NCBI GenBank assembly: GCA_913042895.1
Contig: CAJWMQ010000001.1
Location: 1 to 54,045, forward strand
DNA: 54,045 bases
Direction: 5' to 3'
From: an uncultured Verrucomicrobiales bacterium
GTDB lineage: Bacteria; Verrucomicrobiota; Verrucomicrobiia; Limisphaerales; UBA1100
The notes below the pieces were generated by a model, which worked only from the letters and a program-made list of their open reading frames with translations, had not been told where the DNA came from and did no database searches. Position 1 is the first letter of the stretch. Each line of letters begins with the position of its first letter. The position numbers and the translations under genes are program-made. Positions 28,501 through 36,022 of the stretch are shown here, piece by piece.

Positions 28501-29062
28501 GGAAGAAGAGATCAGTCGCAAGGTCAACGACGATGATTTGCTCAGCTACCTTATGTATCCGGAGGTGTTCAAGGACTATAACAAGTTCCGCCGCCAATAC
28601 GGTGATGTGTCCGTGCTGCCCAGTTCAACTTACTTTTACGGACTACAGCTTGGCGAGGAAATCACTGTGGACATCGAGGAAGGTAAGACGCTCTACATCA
28701 AACTCATCAATGTCAGCGATGCCGATGAAGAAGGCGTGCGCACGTTAACCTTCGAGTTGAACGGATACCCCCGCGAAGTGGAGATTGCCGATGCCTCCAT
28801 GAACGTGCTGGAAAGGGCTATTGCCAAGGCTGATTTGGGTAACGACCTCCATGTCGGCGCGCCCATCCCGGGCATCATCACCGAGGTGGCCGTGGGCATT
28901 GGCGCCAAGGTGGCCAAGGGCGACAAGCTGTTGACCATGGAGGCTATGAAAATGCAGACGACCGTTTATGCCGCGGCCGATGGCGTGGTGGATAAGATCA
29001 ACGTCGGTATCGGCGAATCGGTCGAAAGCAAAGACCTCATCATGGAATTGCGCGAAGCGTAA
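25577..29062 (+). CDS. pyc: Pyruvate carboxylase
   Basis: Biotin carboxylase (EMNPRIQVEHTVTE), carboxyltransferase (DTTLRDAHQSL, HFHTHDTSG) and biotinyl domain (EAMKMQT), about 1150 aa in total. The true start may be the ATG at 25622 (MKLMAANRSEIAIR). Confidence 0.97.
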   Translation: MARKSKKTEPSADGPMKLMAANRSEIAIRIFRAATEMNMRTVAIYAQEDRLAVHRFKADEAYLVGVGKGPVGAYLDIEGIVEMAKERGVNYIHPGYGFLAENADFAEACAKAGLTFVGPRPELLRKMGDKTEARALAKAAGVPILPGTDDPITTRAKAVKVAKDIGFPLIIKAAFGGGGRGMRVVHKAKDLERLLDEARGEADRAFGNPAVFLEKYVPRAKHIEVQILGDQHGNVLHLYERDCSVQRRHQKVVEIAPSVALDETVRSELCTAAVELAQHIKYDNAGTMEFLYDMDSKKWYFIEMNPRIQVEHTVTEVVTGIDLVRAQIQVAQGQKLHGDVMQLPKQKNVPCVGHAVQARVTTEDPANNFTPDYGRIIAYRSAAGFGLRLDGGQGDAGSVITPFYDSLLVKITASGMSFPIALDRMDRALKEFRIRGVQTNIPFIENVIKNETFRTGQASTTLIDTTPELFTFRPRRDRANRLLKYIGDVVVNGNPQAKGFEVKEPFAPIAEPDYNGDQDPPAGTRQILLEQGAEKFATWARKEKRLLITDTTLRDAHQSLFATRMRTEDMLNAADAIARRTPGLFSLEMWGGATFDTAMRFLREDPWQRLRQLREAVPNICFQMLFRGSNAVGYSDYSDNVVKAFVKHSAENGMDIFRIFDSLNYLPNLKAAMEAVRETHAVCEGTICYTGNILDDQRDKYPLEYYVKLAKELEKMGAHTLCIKDMAGLCRPYAAQKLVKTLRQEVGLPIHFHTHDTSGVNAASVLKATEAGVDIADLAIASLSGSTSQPNLNSVVAALDHTPRETGLDLGTLNEFSDYWEAVRRVYAPFDTGPRSGIGDIYEHEMPGGQYTNLREQAESMGLGARWKEVARTYAEVNDLFGDIVKVTPSSKVVGDMTMFLVTRGIKPADVVNLEPGATPFPQSVIDMMKGRLGKPVGGWPRKVQKVVLGKQKPLKGRPGADLKPLNLERTRKKVEEEISRKVNDDDLLSYLMYPEVFKDYNKFRRQYGDVSVLPSSTYFYGLQLGEEITVDIEEGKTLYIKLINVSDADEEGVRTLTFELNGYPREVEIADASMNVLERAIAKADLGNDLHVGAPIPGIITEVAVGIGAKVAKGDKLLTMEAMKMQTTVYAAADGVVDKINVGIGESVESKDLIMELREA

Positions 29063-29462
29063 GTCAGCGCGTTCGAAATTTTGATAGCGCGGGCCGGCGT
29101 GTTCCTCAATATGCCCAATAAGGGTTCGCCTTGAATGTGACGTATGACCAACATGCCGTTGGGCGCAGCAATATGAAAGTTTTTCGCCGCAAATTGCTGT
29201 CCAATTCATGGGGCACGGCATCCATACAGGAGAATCAGAGCGCCAAACAGGAAGGCGCTGCTGCGTTTCATCCGGCCAGTGACCGTAGTGGTTAAATTAT
29301 TCCAAGGTTATTCACGTAACCTACTTTTGCCGAATGCGTCTAACTGGCGAGTGAGTTAAGCGCTGGATTGGCCTGAGTTTTGTCGGTATTGGCGCGGTAT
29401 TTGAGAATAACTGAATACGTTTTGAGCTTGCTGGGTCAGACAGAAATGTTAGTTTTTCACCG

Positions 29463-29487
29463 CGCCTCAATAACTTGAGGCGGTTTT
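29463..29487 (+). promoter_or_regulatory. Terminator-like hairpin in the leader of the secretion ATPase gene
   Basis: CGCCTCA (29463-29469), 6 nt loop, TGAGGCG (29476-29482), then GTTTT. A second small hairpin, TTCCA-CGGG-TGGAA, follows at 29486-29499. It lies 48 nt upstream of the ATG at 29535. Confidence 0.35.
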
Positions 29488-29534
29488 CCACGGGTGGAAA
29501 CGCAAGGGGCCCCGGCAACGGGTAAGGCGTTTGG

Positions 29535-31283
29535 ATGGCTTACGCTTCGTTTAAACAATTTTGCATTGCTGCACACTTGGCGTGTGAAGACGAATGGGAT
29601 GCCTTGATGGCAGACTGGCGTCGAGAACGGGCCGAGGAAGGTCTGGCTGATGCATTCCCTGTTTATCTATGCCGCCGCAATGACATTAGCGAGGCGGATT
29701 ACCTCAAACGCGTGGGCGAAGCCTTTGACTGGCACAGTATCGACCTAGCGGAGGTAAAGCCTTCGGTGGAGGCGCGCCGGAAAATTTCCTCCAAAGTGGC
29801 CAGTCAATTTTCCGTGCTGCCGGTGACGGTGGAGGAGGGCGTGTTGGTGGTGGCCGTGAGTGATCCATTTCACACCGATTTACTCAATGCCGTGCGCTTT
29901 GCAGCGCAGGGGCCCGTACGTTTCGTGTTGGCGCCTGCTGAGGATGTTTCCAGGGCGTATGAGAAATATTACGGTGTCGGCGCGGAGACGATTGATGAGC
30001 TGGCTCAGGACGAGGTGGATGATGATGATGATCTGGAGTTGATGTTTTCCGATGACAAGGAGATCGCCGAGGGCGATCAGGAGGCCAGCATTATCAAGTT
30101 CGTCAACCAAGTCATCTGGCAGGCTTACCGCAGCCGCGCAACGGACATCCATTTTGAGCCGCACGAAGATGAGCTGCAGATTCGCCATCGCATTGACGGC
30201 ATCCTGCACCAAATGTCGCTGCCGCCGGCGCTCAAGAAGCTGCAGGCGGCGCTCATTTCCCGCATCAAGGTAATGAGCGGCATGAATATTGCCGAGAAAC
30301 GGCTCCCGCAGGACGGCCGCATCAATGTTCGCATCAAGGGAGAGGAGATTGATATTCGTGTGTCCACCGTGCCGACTGTGTATGGCGAGAGCGTTTCGTT
30401 GCGTTTGCTCACGCGAGGCAGCGTGCTTAAAGGCATGGATTCGTTGGGCATGAGTCGCGAGATTGAGACTCCTATCCGGGAAATTATTCACCAACCGCAC
30501 GGCATTGTGCTGGTTACCGGCCCGACGGGTTCCGGTAAATCCACCTCGCTCTATTCATTTTTAAACACCATCAACTCTACTGATAAACGGATCATGACGG
30601 TGGAGGATCCGGTGGAGTACGAGATGAAGGGCGTGAATCAGGTGTCGGTGAAAAACGACATCGGCCGTACGTTTGCTCATGTGCTGCGCCATTTCCTGCG
30701 GCAGGATCCGGATGTGATCATGGTGGGTGAGATTCGGGATGGCGAGACGGCCGAGATCGCTATTCAGGCGGCGAACACCGGCCACCTTGTGTTCAGTACC
30801 CTACATACCAATGATGCCCCCAGCGCGTTTACGCGTCTGATTGACATGGGTATGGAACCGTTCCTTGTGGCCGATGCGATTGAGGCGGTGATGGCACAAC
30901 GGCTGGTGCGCACTATTTGTTCAGAATGTAAAACTGAGCAAACGGTTAGTAAGGAATATTTATTGAGCGTAGAATTCCCACCGACCCACGCAGCAGGCGC
31001 GAAATTCTGGCAGGGCGCCGGTTGTGATGCCTGCGGCGGGCGCGGCTACCAGGGGCGCTCGGGGATTTACGAATTATTGCCCAATAGCGAAGCCATTCAG
31101 CAACAGGTGATCAATCGCGCGCCGGCCTCGGTGATCGGGCAATTGGCCCGGAGTGAAGGCATGAAAACCCTGCGCGAGTACGGCTGGGGACGCGCCATGG
31201 CGGGCGTGACTACCATCGAGGAAGTATTGCGCGTGACGCAAATATCCGAGGCGTTGGCCGAGCAGCCCGTGGAGAATTTCTGA
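29535..31283 (+). CDS. GspE/PilB-family secretion ATPase (T2SS / type IV pilus assembly)
   Basis: T2SSE N-terminal domain, Walker A GPTGSGKST, Walker B IMVGEIRD, His box GHLVFSTLHTND and a tetracysteine motif (CSECK...CDACGGRGYQGR). Confidence 0.95.
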   Translation: MAYASFKQFCIAAHLACEDEWDALMADWRRERAEEGLADAFPVYLCRRNDISEADYLKRVGEAFDWHSIDLAEVKPSVEARRKISSKVASQFSVLPVTVEEGVLVVAVSDPFHTDLLNAVRFAAQGPVRFVLAPAEDVSRAYEKYYGVGAETIDELAQDEVDDDDDLELMFSDDKEIAEGDQEASIIKFVNQVIWQAYRSRATDIHFEPHEDELQIRHRIDGILHQMSLPPALKKLQAALISRIKVMSGMNIAEKRLPQDGRINVRIKGEEIDIRVSTVPTVYGESVSLRLLTRGSVLKGMDSLGMSREIETPIREIIHQPHGIVLVTGPTGSGKSTSLYSFLNTINSTDKRIMTVEDPVEYEMKGVNQVSVKNDIGRTFAHVLRHFLRQDPDVIMVGEIRDGETAEIAIQAANTGHLVFSTLHTNDAPSAFTRLIDMGMEPFLVADAIEAVMAQRLVRTICSECKTEQTVSKEYLLSVEFPPTHAAGAKFWQGAGCDACGGRGYQGRSGIYELLPNSEAIQQQVINRAPASVIGQLARSEGMKTLREYGWGRAMAGVTTIEEVLRVTQISEALAEQPVENF

Positions 31284-32731
31284 TGGCGACGGAACCGACA
31301 GCGAAGCCTCCCAAAGCGCCGGCTTTGCCGGATGCCTGCAACGTGATTGATTGTTCCACGGGACGTCAGCAGTTCTGGCGGTTTGCCAAGGGCAAGCGCT
31401 GCATGAAGCTGGTGGATGTGCGCGATACGTTGGTGGATGAGCCCGTGCCGGCCAAGCATCTGGACCGAGACACCAGCCAGATGTGGCGGCCGCATTGCCA
31501 AAACGACGCTTGGTTACCGGCTGAGCAGGTTTTCTTCCGCGTGCTGCAGTTGCCTTTGTGTAGCGAGGCTGAGCTGCCGGGCATGGTGGAGCTGCAGCTC
31601 GATAAAATTTCTCCGCTGCCACTGGCGCAGGCGGTGTGGACTTTTGAACGCGTACCGGTGCATCGTCCGGATCGGGCGCAGCAAACGGTGGTAGTGATGG
31701 TGGCCGAACGTTCCGTGGTGGAGCGGTACGCCGGTGAATTGGAACAGGTGGGATACCGGCCCGATCGCATGGAACCGGCCGTGCTGCATCAGGTGATGGC
31801 CACGCCGCAGGGCGGCGCGTTGCCGGACGGCGCTTGGATTTACCCGCACTTTGTGGATCCGCAGGTGCATTGCACCGTGGCGTGGTGGGATGAAGGGGTG
31901 CTGCAAAATATCACTCAGCTGAGTCTGTCATCGCGCGAGCATTTAAACGAACTTACCAGCAATCTCACCGCTACCACTTGGGCGGGCGAACTGGAAGGCT
32001 GGCTGACGGGCGAGACCGATTGGCATTTGGTGGCTTCCAATGAGGAAGCCGAGGAATGGCTTAGTATTTTGAATGACTGGGCGGGCAAGGGAGTGCAGGT
32101 GGAGGAGCCGCCGGATTCCAATGCGCTGGCGGCGGCGGCGGCGGCCCGGGCCGAGCGGCCGCTCACTCAGGGTAACCTACTGCCAATCGATCGTCAGGCG
32201 CGGTATCACAGGGATGATGTGGATCGTGTGTGGGGCAATGTGCTGATCTGGACCGTTATGCTCTACGTCGTTTTTCTCTCCGTTTATTTCGTGATGAAAA
32301 CACGCGTGGCCGGCGAGGAGCAGGCGGCATTCGCGGAGAATCAGAAGGCGATCAAGCTCAAGAAAGAATTGAAGGAACTGGGCGTTCAACGACGGTTATT
32401 GGAGGAGCAGCGCGAACTACGCTGGACCGCACTTAATGTTTTCAAGGCAGTGGCCGAACATATTCCCGGAGAGGTCACGTTGGATTCACTCGTCTTCTCG
32501 GAGAGCCGCAACAATCAGGGAAACAACATCACGCTGCGGGGTCGTGTATCGCAGGAAGACAGCCAGAAACTGCAGGATTACTCCGAAGCCTTGGCGAAGG
32601 TGGCCGTGGATGAGCAGGGCGCTCAGCCACTTTTCTCGCAGGTGCAGCCGCCCAACATGGATGCCCGCGCCGGTGGTTATTTGGATTGGTACATCATTTG
32701 CCTGTTACGACGGGAGGAGGCCGGGAAATGA
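31283..32731 (+). CDS. Bitopic assembly protein with GspL / PilM-N-terminal-like cytoplasmic domain and PilN-like periplasmic part
   Basis: Pattern FFRVLQLPLCSEAELPGMVELQLDKISPLPL...VVVMVAERSVVERYAGELEQVGYRPDRMEPAV, a single TM segment (VLIWTVMLYVVFLSVYFVM), then a coiled-coil region. TGATG overlap with the ATPase stop. Confidence 0.55.
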   Translation: MATEPTAKPPKAPALPDACNVIDCSTGRQQFWRFAKGKRCMKLVDVRDTLVDEPVPAKHLDRDTSQMWRPHCQNDAWLPAEQVFFRVLQLPLCSEAELPGMVELQLDKISPLPLAQAVWTFERVPVHRPDRAQQTVVVMVAERSVVERYAGELEQVGYRPDRMEPAVLHQVMATPQGGALPDGAWIYPHFVDPQVHCTVAWWDEGVLQNITQLSLSSREHLNELTSNLTATTWAGELEGWLTGETDWHLVASNEEAEEWLSILNDWAGKGVQVEEPPDSNALAAAAAARAERPLTQGNLLPIDRQARYHRDDVDRVWGNVLIWTVMLYVVFLSVYFVMKTRVAGEEQAAFAENQKAIKLKKELKELGVQRRLLEEQRELRWTALNVFKAVAEHIPGEVTLDSLVFSESRNNQGNNITLRGRVSQEDSQKLQDYSEALAKVAVDEQGAQPLFSQVQPPNMDARAGGYLDWYIICLLRREEAGK

Positions 32732-33300
32732 TCGAGACACTGGATCGCATGGGGATTCGCCCGCAGGAACGCCGCTCGGTGATCTTGTTGCTGTTGGCTT
32801 TCCTTATCATTGGCAATATCGCCTGGCTGATGATGGGGCCGGAATTGCTGCAACTGCAAACTTCGCGCGACCAGTACCGCGAGGAAAATAAAGCGGCAGC
32901 GAACTTGGTGGAGTTGCGGGATACCCTGAAGATGGAGGTGGAAACACTTTCGGCTGAATCCGGAATGGTGAGTGACGGGAGACAGGCCCAGAAATTGATG
33001 GAGGATATCGAAAGCAAAGCGCGCCGCAGTGGCCTGAACTTTACCCGCAGCCGGGGCGGTCAGGGCACTTCCCGGGGCAATCAGGATTTTGAAGAAACCA
33101 AACGAACCGTCTCCTTCCAATCCAGCTTAGTGGATCTCGTTGAATTTTTGAAGAACGTGTCCGAAGGGCAAAACATGATTCGCGTCAGCAATATGACGGT
33201 GCAACCTACGGTCGACCGGCAACAGCTTAAGGTCGATCTCGCTTTTGTCGCGAGCTATCCGAAGCCCGCCGACGACAAATCTAAGAAAGGAAAGAAATGA
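32728..33300 (+). CDS. PilO/GspM-like bitopic assembly protein
   Basis: Short cytoplasmic N-terminus, one TM segment (VILLLLAFLIIGNIAWLMM), coiled coil, and about 190 aa overall. ATGA overlaps on both sides. Called from position and topology. Confidence 0.5.
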   Translation: MIETLDRMGIRPQERRSVILLLLAFLIIGNIAWLMMGPELLQLQTSRDQYREENKAAANLVELRDTLKMEVETLSAESGMVSDGRQAQKLMEDIESKARRSGLNFTRSRGGQGTSRGNQDFEETKRTVSFQSSLVDLVEFLKNVSEGQNMIRVSNMTVQPTVDRQQLKVDLAFVASYPKPADDKSKKGKK

Positions 33301-35228
33301 TGAAAAAGATTGCTGCCCTAATGGCACTCATGGGAGGTGAGCTGTTGGCTCAAGACCAGCCCGCGCCACCGGTGGATCCGCCGGCCCCAGCCCCTACCGT
33401 GATCCCCGCCGGCCACACCATGCAAGGGATTCCCTTACCCACGTTGCTAGAGGAATACGGTGCGCTGGTGGGCAAAACCCTGATTCCCGCGCAAAACCTC
33501 CCTTCGGTCACCTTCGAGTTTAAGACGAACAACGATCTTACCTACGAGGAAGCCAAGGCCTTTTATGAAACCCTCCTGATGCAGCGCCAAATTGCAGTGG
33601 TCCCACAGGGTGATAAATTTGTGCAGGTCATTCCTGCAGCCGAGATTGCTAAGACACCGCCCCAATATTATCCGGTGCTGTCCGTGGCAGCCCTGCCGGA
33701 CAGTGAATTACCTGTCATGGGGCCGTTTCCCTTGAAGTATATTTCCACCGCCGCCGCGATTGATCTGCTGGCAACCTTAGCCAAGACGCCCAACGCTGTG
33801 ACCACGGTGGAAGGTTCCAACGTGTTGATTCTGCGCGATTCGGCAAACAATGTGAAGCGGATGTTAACTGTGTTGACTGAGTTAGACGTGGAACCGGGGA
33901 TTAAGGAGGAGTATGAACTCATTAAAATTCGCTATGCTCTTTCGGCAGATATTGCGGCGGTTTTGAGCACTCTAACCAATACCCCGATTAGCGGTACAGC
34001 TGGGTCTGCCAGTAGTCGCATTAATACTACCGGCGCCAATCGCACAACGACAGGTGCGACCTCTCGAACGGGTGCAACTACAACCGGAAATGCTGGTTCC
34101 TCTCGTGGGCAACTGGCTCAGCGTTTATCCCAGATTCAAGGTGGAGCCGGTGTGACCGGTACGGGGCTTCCAATTCTGGGGGATACCAAGGCGGTGGCTT
34201 ATGAACGCGGCAACGAAGTGCTGCTCATCGGCACACGCCGACATCTCGATAAAGCCAAGGAGCTGATCGATAAGCTGGACACTATTCAGCCGCAGGTTCT
34301 AATTGAGGCCATCATCATTGATGTCGCTTTGGGTGATGACAAAACGTTTGGTGTGTCGTTGCGCGAAAACCGGACGGCAGAAAATGCCCGATCGGGGGGA
34401 TTGCGTGGGGCATTGGCTTCGGCCCTTGGGCCGGCAGGGTTTACAGATACCTCCATCTCCGGTGCCACATCCGGGTTTAATTATTGGGGATTCCTTGGGT
34501 CTAACTGGGAGGTTGCCGTGAATGCGATTGAAAACGATTCCCGCGTGACCATGCATTCACGGCCGCGCATCCAAACCTCGCATGCTGAGCTGGCTGAGCT
34601 GTTCATTGGCGACACGCGGCCGGTTGTCACCGGCACCATCACGGACATCAGTGGCGGTACCAGTTCGCAGTATCAAATGCAGAAATTTGGCATTACTTTG
34701 GAAGTGCGGCCTTTCATTAACGAAGAAGGTCTCGTGGTAATGGATTTGGTTCAGCAGATTCAAGATATCGTTGGCTCACAAACCATCAACGGCAATAGTG
34801 TTCCCATCACCACGGACCGATCGGCTAACGCCAAGGTGGCCGTGCGCGATGGGGAGATGATTGTGCTGGGAGGGTTTATCAAAACGAAGACCACCACCTA
34901 CGAGGATGGTGTTCCCGTACTGCGTGATGTGCCGTTGCTTGGGAAACTCTTTGAGAGCACGCGTGATGTGGATGAGCGCAATGAATTAATTGTGCTAATG
35001 CGGCCTACGGTTTTAAAGACGCCTGAAGCCGCCGCCTTTAAGGCCATGTCCGAGCAATCCAACCTGCCGGGCATTGATCTGGCCAAGGATGAAGAGGAGC
35101 GGCTCACTGAAAAATACCGCAATTTGGTGGAGGAACTCCGCCGCAAACAGGGCACTCCGACAACTCCAGAAAATCCGGATTTGCCTTTACTGCCAAAAGA
35201 CGGCCCTCTGGTGCCACAATTGCCCTGA
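33297..35228 (+). CDS. Secretin (GspD/PilQ family)
   Basis: Signal peptide, secretin N-domains and the C-terminal secretin signature VPVLRDVPLLGKLF...ELIVLMRPTVL. Internal T/G/S-rich linker. Confidence 0.92.
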   Translation: MMKKIAALMALMGGELLAQDQPAPPVDPPAPAPTVIPAGHTMQGIPLPTLLEEYGALVGKTLIPAQNLPSVTFEFKTNNDLTYEEAKAFYETLLMQRQIAVVPQGDKFVQVIPAAEIAKTPPQYYPVLSVAALPDSELPVMGPFPLKYISTAAAIDLLATLAKTPNAVTTVEGSNVLILRDSANNVKRMLTVLTELDVEPGIKEEYELIKIRYALSADIAAVLSTLTNTPISGTAGSASSRINTTGANRTTTGATSRTGATTTGNAGSSRGQLAQRLSQIQGGAGVTGTGLPILGDTKAVAYERGNEVLLIGTRRHLDKAKELIDKLDTIQPQVLIEAIIIDVALGDDKTFGVSLRENRTAENARSGGLRGALASALGPAGFTDTSISGATSGFNYWGFLGSNWEVAVNAIENDSRVTMHSRPRIQTSHAELAELFIGDTRPVVTGTITDISGGTSSQYQMQKFGITLEVRPFINEEGLVVMDLVQQIQDIVGSQTINGNSVPITTDRSANAKVAVRDGEMIVLGGFIKTKTTTYEDGVPVLRDVPLLGKLFESTRDVDERNELIVLMRPTVLKTPEAAAFKAMSEQSNLPGIDLAKDEEERLTEKYRNLVEELRRKQGTPTTPENPDLPLLPKDGPLVPQLP

Positions 35229-35954
35229 TCACCTTCGGCCATCGTACCACCAGCTGCAGGCCTTGGGATCACTCAAGGCCCGGCCACCGGTGAAAGCCGT
35301 GGCGCTTAAAAAGCGTACCAACTCCCACGGTGAATAAAGCGAGAGTTTGCGGGCTGATGTGATCAGTGGCTGGCCGGTGATGATGTGCAATCGTTGCTGT
35401 CGCCTTCGGCCATGGCGCTTGAGGCGTTCGGCAAACTCGAGTTCTTCAGAAGCATAAAGGGTCTTGGAAAACCCTTCCAGTTCGCGAAAAGCTTTTGTGC
35501 GGCAAAAAAAATAGGAACCGGCCGGCCAGCGCATTACCCGACTAATACAATTCCACAAATGAATCCAGAAAGCCGCCCACCAGGGGACTACTCCCATGGT
35601 GAGCGTGGAACCGCCACCGAGAATATCCGTTTGCTGCATTGCTTTGCCGGTGGCCGCGAATAATTCCGGGCTCGGTTTAGAATCCGCATCCACAAAAAGG
35701 ATCCAATCTCCTCGGGCCGCCTGACCGGCTGCATTCCGGGCTCGGGCGATTTGGTTTTGGGATTCAAAAACCACCCGCGCCCCGGCGTTTCGCGCCAGTT
35801 CGGCGGTGCGGTCGCTAGAATTATTGTCGCACACTACCAGTTCCCAGTCCCAATTAATGGCCTCAAAGACTTTGGCTGAATCCTGAATCGCTGCCAGTGT
35901 CTCGGGAAGGAGCTTTTCCTCGTTGAAGGCAGGAATGGCGATGGTCAAGTGCAC
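35229..35954 (-). CDS. Family 2 glycosyltransferase
   Basis: IAIPAFNEE, VVCDNNSSDRT and ILFVDADS (DxD-type) motifs. Confidence 0.85.
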   Translation of the reverse strand: MHLTIAIPAFNEEKLLPETLAAIQDSAKVFEAINWDWELVVCDNNSSDRTAELARNAGARVVFESQNQIARARNAAGQAARGDWILFVDADSKPSPELFAATGKAMQQTDILGGGSTLTMGVVPWWAAFWIHLWNCISRVMRWPAGSYFFCRTKAFRELEGFSKTLYASEELEFAERLKRHGRRRQQRLHIITGQPLITSARKLSLYSPWELVRFLSATAFTGGRALSDPKACSWWYDGRR

Positions 35955-36022
35955 GGGCGAATGTCACCCGATTCGCGGTGACAGGCAAGCGGGCAACATG
36001 CTATCCTTCCGTCAGTTGAGGG

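Noticed and set aside
29206-29271. 21-codon minus-strand mini-ORF, MKRSSAFLFGALILLYGCRAP*, with a lipobox-like LYGC. It ends at a TGA whose read-through frame stays open.
   Set aside because: The read-through frame runs antisense into pyc and has no recognisable domain, so this is probably chance. It could be a decayed lipoprotein gene, but the evidence is insufficient to call a second recoding event.
29488-29534. Resemblance of GGAAACGCAAGGGGCCCCGG to the c-di-GMP-I (GEMM) riboswitch core.
   Set aside because: Only one short segment resembles the consensus. I could not find the paired GGCAAA/tetraloop-receptor half. It is kept only as a hypothesis within the leader finding.
35226-35231. Secretin and GT2 stop codons abut as the palindrome TGATCA, with zero intergenic distance and no terminator. 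Similarly, the convergent sprT and vWA gene ends overlap by 7 nt at 3382-3388.
   Set aside because: Tight convergent packing is compatible with ordinary compact genomes, and there is no further structure to interpret.
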